A stretch of 63,601 nt of DNA, counting the filler. It is 5 parts of 5 records of this genome, joined end to end, with 100 filler letters (N's around TTAATTAATTAA, not from the genome) between each part and the next. Parts side by side here need not be neighbours in the genome. Positions count along the whole stretch, not along the records: positions 28,528 to 44,312 come from SRR31156797_4948; 4 more parts are not named here. One strand, written 5' to 3'. Each line of letters begins with the position of its first letter. Position 1 is the first letter of the stretch. The notes beneath the pieces were generated by a model that made no database searches, was not told where the DNA came from, and worked only from the letters and a program-made list of their open reading frames with translations. Shown here piece by piece: positions 28,621 to 36,408 of the stretch. Both the position numbers and the translations under genes were made by a program.

Positions 28621-29829
28621 TTGACCGCTTCTTCGCTTCAACGTTTGGCAACTATCTCAAATATTAGGATGACTTGGAGGGCTTTCTGGCGTTCGTCGAA
28701 AGGTCAGCGAAGTGGAGGCGTTGATGGCGTCACACCGCAGGTGTTTCAGCGCAACGTTGAAAGGCATATCGAGCGTATTCGGCACGAATTGTTGAACGGC
28801 TACAGATTCTCACTGCTACGTGGCTGGCCAGTCGATAAGCCCAATGGCAAGAAACGCATTATCTGTATTCCAACCGTTCAAGATAGAATTGTGCAACGCT
28901 TATTGGCTGCTCACCTAACGGAAAAGGCAGATCGTTTCGGTATTATTAACGATGCTAGCTACGGTTTCGTTCCAACTTCGGGTGGAAAAAAACGTGGTGT
29001 AATAGCGGCAAGGGACAGAGCAATAGCCCTGCGCAAGGATCATCCTTGGGCGTACAAATCTGATATCTCTTCATTCTTTGATCAGATCCCTAGGGATCAA
29101 TTAATTGCTCAGACAGTTTCAAAACTGAGAACACCAAGTTTGAAATCACTGATTAAGGGTGTTGTTTCGTGCGAGCTTGATGAGAGTGACCGATACGTAG
29201 CTCGTATAGCAGCCAGCAATGGCATCGTCAGGGGGTGTGGCGTACGACAGGGTATGCCTTTGTCCCCAATGTTCGCAAATATCATACTGCGGAATTTTGA
29301 CCGCGAAATGATGAATCAAAGTATCCAACTAGTTCGGTATGCTGACGACTTCATTGTTCTCGCCGACAAGGAAAAAGAGTGTCTGAAAGTAGATGCTATA
29401 GCGCGTAAATTGCTGTCGCCGTTAGGTCTGGAGTTGCCTCCCCTCGGACATACGAAAACGTCGATTTCTTGCCCTAGTGAAGAGATTGATTTTCTTGGCC
29501 TCGCCTTAGCTCCGAATAGCCTTGGATCTTACGAACTTTTGATCACTGAAAAACAACTGGCTAAAGTTGCGAGATCCTTAAATCAATTGAAGGATGTTGA
29601 CCAACTTGTTCACAAGAGGATTGACATTTCGAATCTTGTTAGGACTGTCGAGAATAAAATCGGAGGATATTTGGCAGCATACCGACAAGCAAACAACGTT
29701 GAGGAACTACAGATAGTACTGGAACATTCGCGTAGCGAAATTCTGCGATCAGTATATGTGAAGGCATTTGGAGAAAAGGCAGTTAGCAGTCTTTCACGCA
29801 ATATGCGGAAGGTGCTTTGTTTAGGCTGA
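28621..29829 (+). CDS. Stand-alone group II intron-like reverse transcriptase (YADD), no endonuclease domain
   Basis: RT0 SGGVDGVT; KPNGKKRIICIPTVQDRIVQR; SYGF; DISSFFDQI; GVRQGMPLSPMFANI; RYADDF; IDFLG; about 100-aa thumb; TTG start preceded by GAGGGGGT. Confidence 0.93.
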   Translation: MTASSLQRLATISNIRMTWRAFWRSSKGQRSGGVDGVTPQVFQRNVERHIERIRHELLNGYRFSLLRGWPVDKPNGKKRIICIPTVQDRIVQRLLAAHLTEKADRFGIINDASYGFVPTSGGKKRGVIAARDRAIALRKDHPWAYKSDISSFFDQIPRDQLIAQTVSKLRTPSLKSLIKGVVSCELDESDRYVARIAASNGIVRGCGVRQGMPLSPMFANIILRNFDREMMNQSIQLVRYADDFIVLADKEKECLKVDAIARKLLSPLGLELPPLGHTKTSISCPSEEIDFLGLALAPNSLGSYELLITEKQLAKVARSLNQLKDVDQLVHKRIDISNLVRTVENKIGGYLAAYRQANNVEELQIVLEHSRSEILRSVYVKAFGEKAVSSLSRNMRKVLCLG

Positions 29830-29868
29830 GGCTGGCTACAAAGATAATAAAATAAACGCTGAATTGAT

Positions 29869-30792
29869 TTACTTTGAATAATCGCGATTGGGACGATTTT
29901 TTTCTCCGGCTGAGATTTCATCCGATTCCAGGAAGTCGGCGAGGCTTTGGGTCGCGCTGCCCGGTTTCAGCGGCTTCTGCTGCGACGGATCGGGCGCCCA
30001 GGCTGTCAGATAAATAACCTCGAAGGTGGCCGGGATGCGGCCGTCGGTATCGGCGAAGTTTTGCCGGTACCGTTCCGCCGCCGCCGCGATTGTGGTGCGC
30101 CGGGTGAAACCTTTGCGGCGCTGAAGCGCGGCGTTGCTTTCGCCCATGGCGCGCAAATCGGTCATCAGGTTGAGCGGATCGGGATAGCTTACGGTGATGG
30201 TATCGGAATCGGCGACCGGCAGGGCGAAGCCGGCACGCAGCAAAAGGTTGCCGGCGTCCCGCACGGCGGCCATCGGCGACGTGCGCAGGCTCAGGCCGCC
30301 TTCGATATCGGATTCGGCTTCGGCAAGGCTTTGCCGCAACTCCTGGACCGTCTGCCCGCCCAGCATGGCGCCGAGAAACAACCCGTCGGGTTTGAGCGCC
30401 CGGCGGATCTGTATCAGCGCGCCGGGCAGGTCATTGACCCAGTGCAGGTTCAGGCAACTTAGGATCAGATCAAAGCTGGCGTCTGCGAAGGGAAGGGCTT
30501 CTTCGTCCGCGGCCAGGGCCGGGCCGTCGGTTTGCGCGATCATGCCCGACGACAGATCTGATTCGAAAAGGGTGTCGATGCCGCCGCGCCCCGCCAGAAG
30601 GCCGCGCAGGGTGCCGGTGGCGGCGCCGAGATCCAAGGCGATAGGAAATTCCCGGCGAACGTCGTCCAGGCGATCCAGCAACCGCTCGCCGATTTCGCGG
30701 CGGAGGAAATCATAATCTTTGAATCCGGGCGCGGCGCGGTCGCGGTGCAAACGCACGGCACGGCGGTCGAAGACGGAAATTTCGTCGCTCAT
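29869..30792 (-). CDS. SAM-dependent methyltransferase (NDUFAF5/BioC-like alphaproteobacterial family)
   Basis: FDRRAVRLHRDRAA; LDLGAATG; LHWVNDLPG; ATFEVIYLTAWAP; divergent from comF. Confidence 0.88.
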   Translation of the reverse strand: MSDEISVFDRRAVRLHRDRAAPGFKDYDFLRREIGERLLDRLDDVRREFPIALDLGAATGTLRGLLAGRGGIDTLFESDLSSGMIAQTDGPALAADEEALPFADASFDLILSCLNLHWVNDLPGALIQIRRALKPDGLFLGAMLGGQTVQELRQSLAEAESDIEGGLSLRTSPMAAVRDAGNLLLRAGFALPVADSDTITVSYPDPLNLMTDLRAMGESNAALQRRKGFTRRTTIAAAAERYRQNFADTDGRIPATFEVIYLTAWAPDPSQQKPLKPGSATQSLADFLESDEISAGEKNRPNRDYSK

Positions 30793-30891
30793 GGCGTCTT
30801 CCGGTTCGGGTCCGGCCCGGTTGGATCAACATTTCTGCCGCTCATATGGTATCAATAACATCACGGCGCGAAGTCGGAAGCGGAAAAAAGC

Positions 30892-31668
30892 ATGCCGGAG
30901 GAAAATCCGTCCCGCCAGCAAAACGCGCGCATCGGTGCCGCCGGAAAACTTCTGACGTCGGCGCTCGACGTTTTGCTGCCGCATCGCTGCATGGCCTGCG
31001 GCACCATCGTCGAAGCCGCCGGCCTGTTGTGCGAAGACTGCTGGCCCGGTATCGAATTCATCGGACCGCCCATATGCGAAGCCTGCGGCCTACCGTTCGA
31101 ATACGACATCGGCGAAGGCGCCCTGTGCGGTGCCTGTGCGCGCCAGACGCCGGCATTTACGCGAGCCCGCGGCGCAGTTCTTTACAACGCCGCCAGCCGA
31201 CACCTGGTGCTGGCTTACAAACATGGCGATCGGACCGAAAACGCGGCCGCCTTCGCACGTTGGATGATGCGAGCCGGGGCCGATCTGATAGTCGACGCCG
31301 ATATGGTGGTTCCGGTGCCGCTTCATTGGTCGCGGCTGTTTGCGAGGCGCTACAACCAGGCCGCCCTGTTGGCCCAGGTCATCGCCCGCAATGCCGGCCT
31401 GCCTTTTGAACCGGATCTGTTGAGGCGGTGCCGGCGCACCCCGTCGCAAGGATTTCTCGGCCGGTCGGCCCGCCGCCGCAATGTCGCCGGATCCTTTGTG
31501 GTGCCGCCGCACGCCGGGAACGACGTAAGCGGACGGCGTGTGCTGTTGGTCGACGACGTCATGACGACGGGGGCGACGGTCGATTCCTGTGCCCGGGCGC
31601 TTTTGCGCGGCGGCGCCGCGGCCATCGACGTTCTAACATTTGCGCGAGTTGCCGTTCCGGCCCTTTAG
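30892..31668 (+). CDS. comF: ComF family protein (double zinc ribbon plus PRTase domain)
   Basis: Four CxxC pairs; RRYNQA; LLVDDVMTTGAT. Confidence 0.9.
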   Translation: MPEENPSRQQNARIGAAGKLLTSALDVLLPHRCMACGTIVEAAGLLCEDCWPGIEFIGPPICEACGLPFEYDIGEGALCGACARQTPAFTRARGAVLYNAASRHLVLAYKHGDRTENAAAFARWMMRAGADLIVDADMVVPVPLHWSRLFARRYNQAALLAQVIARNAGLPFEPDLLRRCRRTPSQGFLGRSARRRNVAGSFVVPPHAGNDVSGRRVLLVDDVMTTGATVDSCARALLRGGAAAIDVLTFARVAVPAL

Positions 31669-31757
31669 CCGTCGTTCAAAATCATTATATTAGGGCAATC
31701 GCAACTTCAAACGGCGGCTCGGTGAGCGGCCGCAAAGAAAAGTCCTGGAGAACAAGC

Positions 31758-32015
31758 GTGGCCGAGATCGAGATCTACACGACACCCTTCTGCCCCTTCT
31801 GCCATCGGGCCAAATCGTTGCTGAAAAAGAAAGGCGTCGATTTCACCGAAATCGATGTGATGATGAGCCCGGGAAAACGACGCGAGATGATGGAAAGGGC
31901 CGGCGGGCAGTCTTCGGTGCCGCAAATTTTTGTCGACGGGACGCATATCGGCGATTGCGATCAAATCCACGAAATGGACTATGACGGTGAATTGGACGCG
32001 GCGCTGAAGATCTAA
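31758..32015 (+). CDS. grxC: Glutaredoxin 3
   Basis: GTG start after GGAG; CPFC; SVPQIF. Confidence 0.9.
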   Translation: MAEIEIYTTPFCPFCHRAKSLLKKKGVDFTEIDVMMSPGKRREMMERAGGQSSVPQIFVDGTHIGDCDQIHEMDYDGELDAALKI

Positions 32016-32025
32016 ATCCCGGTTT

Positions 32026-32664
32026 CTATTGTTTACGCGGCGCCACCGGCCATGACGCGGGTTCGTCGTCGTCGTCGTTTTTCCGATCCTCGCGAATGGC
32101 GCAGATGCGCGAAATCACACCGGGCAGGGGGCCGGTTTCGACCAGCCCGTGTTCGTAGGCGACGATGTGAAAGCGTTCGTCCAGACAGACGATCAGTTCG
32201 CCGGCACGCAACAGATGATCGGGGTTGCGCGGGCGGCAGAACCGTTCGTTGCCGCGGGCAAAGGTTTCGTAGATCAAGACGCCGCCGGGTTCGAGACTAT
32301 CGAGCAGGTGCGGGAACAGTGGCCGGTGCAGGTAATTGACGACGACGATGGCGGCGAACCGGCGTTTTGCAAAAGGCCATTCGCCGCCGTCCTCGAGGTC
32401 GGTCTCGATGACCTCGGCGCCCGGATCGGCAGTCAGATCGGCGACAGCGAAGGTTTCTCGGTCGATGAATACGACCGGATTGCCGCGAGCAAGAAAGAGG
32501 CGTCCATGGCGGCCGTTGCCGCAGGCAAGGTCCAGGACCGCGCCGTTGCCGGCGATCAGGGGCGCGAAGCGCAGAACCCAGGGCGACGGCTCGGTAATCC
32601 TGTGGTGGCGGCGGACCGGCTGCGTTTCTTCCCGTTCATACGGTTCTGTGCCGTCATTACCCAT
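32026..32664 (-). CDS. Class I SAM-dependent methyltransferase
   Basis: VLDLACGNGRH; VVNYLHRPL; PGGVLIYETF; start uncertain. Confidence 0.8.
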   Translation of the reverse strand: MGNDGTEPYEREETQPVRRHHRITEPSPWVLRFAPLIAGNGAVLDLACGNGRHGRLFLARGNPVVFIDRETFAVADLTADPGAEVIETDLEDGGEWPFAKRRFAAIVVVNYLHRPLFPHLLDSLEPGGVLIYETFARGNERFCRPRNPDHLLRAGELIVCLDERFHIVAYEHGLVETGPLPGVISRICAIREDRKNDDDDEPASWPVAPRKQ

Positions 32665-32745
32665 TCTTAACCCTCGTGCTTGTAAACTTGGCAATCGCGG
32701 AGAATTCGACTAAATGGTGGTATTATAAATTAGAGGTTGTCCGCC

Positions 32746-33174
32746 ATGATTTTGTATCAGCTCAAATGCGCCGAAGGCCATGTCTTCGAAGGCTGGTTCA
32801 AGGACGCCGCGACTTACGACGATCAAAGCGCGGCCGGCGATGTGTCGTGCCCCTACTGCGGCGGAAGCCGGGTTTCGAAGGCGCCGATGGCGCCGCGCCT
32901 GGCCAAGGGCGCCAGCCAACCGAGTGCGGTCGAGGAACAGGCCAAGAAGGTTGCCGATCAGATCATGCAGGCGGCCGACAAGCTTCGCCAGCATGTCGAG
33001 GAGAACTGCGACTATGTCGGCGAGCAGTTTGCCGACGAGGCCCGCAAGATTCATTACGGCGAGGCCGATCCGCACGGGATTTACGGCACGGCCACTGACG
33101 AAGAGGCCACCGAGATGACCGAAGAGGGCATCGAATTCGAACAGCTTCGGTGGTTTTCGCGCCGCGACGACTGA
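32746..33174 (+). CDS. DUF1178 family protein
   Basis: MILYQLKCAEGHVFEGWF...CPYCG...KAPMAP...FADEARKIHYGE. Confidence 0.88.
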   Translation: MILYQLKCAEGHVFEGWFKDAATYDDQSAAGDVSCPYCGGSRVSKAPMAPRLAKGASQPSAVEEQAKKVADQIMQAADKLRQHVEENCDYVGEQFADEARKIHYGEADPHGIYGTATDEEATEMTEEGIEFEQLRWFSRRDD

Positions 33175-33197
33175 TTGCCCGAATATTCCGATCCCCT

Positions 33198-33989
33198 TCA
33201 GCTTTTCACCCCGAATGCCAGATAGTTGACGGCGACGTCGCGGCTGGGGCCCCAGCGGTCCTGCAACGCATCGTAGGCCATGCCGGACAGCGCCGTGATT
33301 TCGATTCCGGCCGGACCCAGGGCGTTTGCCAGTTCCGACGGACGCACGAATTTGCGCCAGTCGTGGGTGCCGGCCGGTAGCCAGCGCAGGATGTATTCGG
33401 CACCGATCTTGGCCAGCGCCAGGGATTTCAATGTGCGATTGACGGTCGAGATCGCCATGACGCCGCCGGATTTGACGAGGCCGGCCCCGGCCGTCAGGAA
33501 GGCGTCCAGGTCGGTCACATGTTCGACCACGTCCATGTTCAGGACGATGTCGTACCGACCGCCGGCGGCATCGGCGAAATCTTCCGGCGGTGCGCAAATA
33601 TAGTCGATGTCAAGGCCGTTGCTTTCGGCGTGCAGGCGGGCGACGCCGACGGATTTTTCGGCCGCATCGATACCGGTGACGGCGGCGCCGAGGCGGCACA
33701 TCGGTTCGGCCAGCAACCCGCCGCCGCAGCCGATGTCGAGAACGGACAACCCTTCGAGCGGACGGGGCGAATCGGGCGACCGCGAAAAATGTTCCAGGAC
33801 CCGGTCGCGGACGAAGGCGAGGCGGACCGGATTCAGATTGTGCAGGGGTTTGAATTCGCCGTCAGGGTCCCACCAGGCATTGGCGATGGCGGAAAACCGG
33901 GCGATTTCATCGGGCGAGGCGGTTCGGGTCGAGGTCGGGGCTGTCGATGCGGGCACTTTTGATCCCTTTGCGCAAGGAGACGGAGGCAC
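33198..33989 (-). CDS. ubiG: Ubiquinone biosynthesis O-methyltransferase
   Basis: WWDPDGEFKPLHNLNPVR; LDIGCGGGLLAE; GTHDWRKF; start uncertain. Confidence 0.93.
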   Translation of the reverse strand: MPPSPCAKGSKVPASTAPTSTRTASPDEIARFSAIANAWWDPDGEFKPLHNLNPVRLAFVRDRVLEHFSRSPDSPRPLEGLSVLDIGCGGGLLAEPMCRLGAAVTGIDAAEKSVGVARLHAESNGLDIDYICAPPEDFADAAGGRYDIVLNMDVVEHVTDLDAFLTAGAGLVKSGGVMAISTVNRTLKSLALAKIGAEYILRWLPAGTHDWRKFVRPSELANALGPAGIEITALSGMAYDALQDRWGPSRDVAVNYLAFGVKS

Positions 33990-34144
33990 ACTTGCTTAGC
34001 GATGCCATTATGAATATAAATTCGCCCGCCGCGCAGCCAAAGGCTCAGTTGCAATTTTTGGAAACGACTGCGTGTCGCCGTTTATCTCCGAGGGGGGCCG
34101 TTTCAGCGCGGAAACGGGCGGCGCACGGCAGGGGAGCGTCGTCA

Positions 34145-35365
34145 ATGGCCCGAATCGTAAAGAAGTTCGGCGGCACATCGGTTGCCGATGTCGAAAAAAT
34201 TCAGAATGTGGCCCGGCGCATCAAGAAAGAGGTGGATGCGGGAAACCAAGTTGCGGTGGTCGTCTCGGCGATGGCCGGCGTGACCAATCAGCTGGTTTCC
34301 TATGTTGACGATATCAGCCGACTTTACGATGCCCGGGAGTATGACGCGGTGGTTGCCTCAGGCGAGCAGGTGACGGCCGGTCTGACAGCGCTGGCGTTGC
34401 AGGAAATGGGCGTTTCGGCCCGCTCCTGGCTGGGCTGGCAGATCCCCGTGCGCACCGATGCCGTCCATGGCAAGGCGCGGATCGAATCCATCGACGGCGA
34501 GGAAATGATCCGCCGCATGGAGCAGGGCGAAGTCGCCGTGGTTGCCGGATTTCAGGGGATTTCCGACGACAACCGGATTGCGACATTGGGGCGCGGCGGT
34601 TCGGATACCAGTGCGGTTGCCCTGGCGGCGGCGCTGAAGGCGGATCGTTGCGATATCCATACCGATGTCGACGGTGTCTACACCACCGATCCGCGAATCG
34701 TTACGAAAGCGCGCAAGCTTGATAAGATCACCTATGAAGAGATGCTCGAAATGGCGTCGCTCGGGGCCAAGGTCCTGCAGACCCGCTCGGTCGAGCTTGC
34801 GATGAATCACAATGTGCGACTTCAGGTCGTTTCCAGCTTTTCCGATGAACCAGGTACGCTGGTCGTGAATGAGGACGAAATCGTGGAACAGGAGCTTATC
34901 AGCGGGATTGCCTACAGCCGGGACGAAGCCAAGATCACCTTGAACAAGGTGGCGGACAAACCCGGCGTCGCGGCCGATATCTTCGGCCCGCTGGCCGATG
35001 CCAGCATCAATGTCGACATGATTGTTCAGAACGTGTCGAGCGACGGCAAGGCGACCGACATCACCTTTACCGTCGGCAAGACGGATCTCGAACGGGCGGT
35101 ATCGACCGTCGAATCGCACAAATCGGATCTCGGCTTTACCGAACTGACGTCGGACCCGAACGTGGTCAAGATCTCGGTCATCGGCGTCGGCATGCGCAGC
35201 CACGCCGGTATTGCCCAGACCATGTTCAGCGCCCTGGCCGAAAAGGGGATCAATATCCAGGTGATATCGACTTCGGAAATCAAGGTCAGCGTCCTGGTCG
35301 CCGAAGAATATACCGAGCTGGCGTTGCGTGCGTTGCACGAGGCCTATGGCCTCGACGCCGATTGA
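34145..35365 (+). CDS. lysC: Aspartate kinase
   Basis: MARIVKKFGGTS; TLGRGGSDTSA; DVDGVYTTDPR; two ACT domains. Confidence 0.95.
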   Translation: MARIVKKFGGTSVADVEKIQNVARRIKKEVDAGNQVAVVVSAMAGVTNQLVSYVDDISRLYDAREYDAVVASGEQVTAGLTALALQEMGVSARSWLGWQIPVRTDAVHGKARIESIDGEEMIRRMEQGEVAVVAGFQGISDDNRIATLGRGGSDTSAVALAAALKADRCDIHTDVDGVYTTDPRIVTKARKLDKITYEEMLEMASLGAKVLQTRSVELAMNHNVRLQVVSSFSDEPGTLVVNEDEIVEQELISGIAYSRDEAKITLNKVADKPGVAADIFGPLADASINVDMIVQNVSSDGKATDITFTVGKTDLERAVSTVESHKSDLGFTELTSDPNVVKISVIGVGMRSHAGIAQTMFSALAEKGINIQVISTSEIKVSVLVAEEYTELALRALHEAYGLDAD

Positions 35366-35372
35366 TCATGCC

Positions 35373-36407
35373 ATGACCCCCCGTACAAACTCCGGGCGGT
35401 TGGCGCCCTTGTGGAAACGGGGATGCGATTTCCTCGGCTGCGAAATGGCCATCCTCGGCGGCGCCATGTCGTGGGTGTCCGAGCGCAATCTGGTTTCCGC
35501 CCTGTCGGAAGCCGGGGCCTTCGGGGTCATCGCCTGCGGGTCGATGACGCCGCCGCTTCTCGATGCCGAAATCGCCGCCACCAAGGCCCTGACGGCGAAA
35601 CCCTTCGGGGTCAACCTGATCACCATGCATCCCGACCTGGACGCCCTGATCGACGTCTGCGTCGGGCACGGAATCGGGCATGTCGTTCTTGCCGGCGGCC
35701 TGCCGCCGGCACCGGCGATAAAACGCATCAAGGAATCGGGCGCCAAGGTGATTTGTTTTGCGCCTGCCCTGGCGTTGGCGAAACGGCTGGTACGCAACGG
35801 CGTCGATGCCCTGGTTATCGAAGGGTCGGAAGCGGGCGGCCATATCGGGCCGGTCGTTACCAGCGTCCTTGCCCAGGAGATTTTGCCGGCCATCACCGAC
35901 GTGCCGGTATTTGTTGCCGGCGGCATCGGCCGCGGCGAGGCGGTGCTGTCGTACCTGGAGATGGGGGCGGCCGGGGTTCAATTGGGAACCCGGTTCGTCT
36001 GCGCCACCGAATCGATCGCGCATCCCAATTTCAAGAAGGCCTTTATCCGCGCCTCGGCCCGCGATGCCGCGGTTACCGTGCAGCTCGATCCGCGTTTTCC
36101 GGTGATTCCGGTCCGGGCCCTGACCAACAAGGGGACCGAACGGTTCATGGATGCCCAGCGTGAAATCGGCGGCCGCGTCGATGCCGGCGAACTGGACCTG
36201 AAGGAAGCGCAGCTGGAAATCGAACATTTCTGGGCCGGCGCCTTGCGCCGCGCGGTGATCGATGGCGATATAGAGAACGGTTCGTTGATGGCGGGCCAGA
36301 TCGTCGGCTTGGTAAAGCGCGAACAGAGTATCGCGGAAATCCTTGCCGAACTCGTAGAGCAGGCGGAAGCCATGCTCGAAGCCCGGGAAACGGCCGGAGC
36401 GGAATAA
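35373..36407 (+). CDS. Nitronate monooxygenase/FabK-family flavin oxidoreductase
   Basis: GGAMSWVS; EGSEAGGHIG; AGGI; GVQLGTRF; start uncertain. Confidence 0.85.
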   Translation: MTPRTNSGRLAPLWKRGCDFLGCEMAILGGAMSWVSERNLVSALSEAGAFGVIACGSMTPPLLDAEIAATKALTAKPFGVNLITMHPDLDALIDVCVGHGIGHVVLAGGLPPAPAIKRIKESGAKVICFAPALALAKRLVRNGVDALVIEGSEAGGHIGPVVTSVLAQEILPAITDVPVFVAGGIGRGEAVLSYLEMGAAGVQLGTRFVCATESIAHPNFKKAFIRASARDAAVTVQLDPRFPVIPVRALTNKGTERFMDAQREIGGRVDAGELDLKEAQLEIEHFWAGALRRAVIDGDIENGSLMAGQIVGLVKREQSIAEILAELVEQAEAMLEARETAGAE

Positions 36408-36408
36408 C

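Noticed and set aside
27769-29829. Avd-like four-helix gene close to an RT, suggesting a diversity-generating retroelement
   Set aside because: The two genes are on different contigs from different phyla, separated by an artificial linker. No TR/VR pair is visible and the RT is group II-like.
28528-29829. RT as a retron or CRISPR-associated RT
   Set aside because: No NAxxH or VTG retron motifs and RT0 is present; no cas genes or repeat-spacer array in the visible sequence, although upstream is truncated.
28621-29900. RT as a complete group II intron
   Set aside because: No domain V/VI after the ORF; a convergent host gene ends 39 nt downstream. A 3'-deleted intron cannot be fully excluded.
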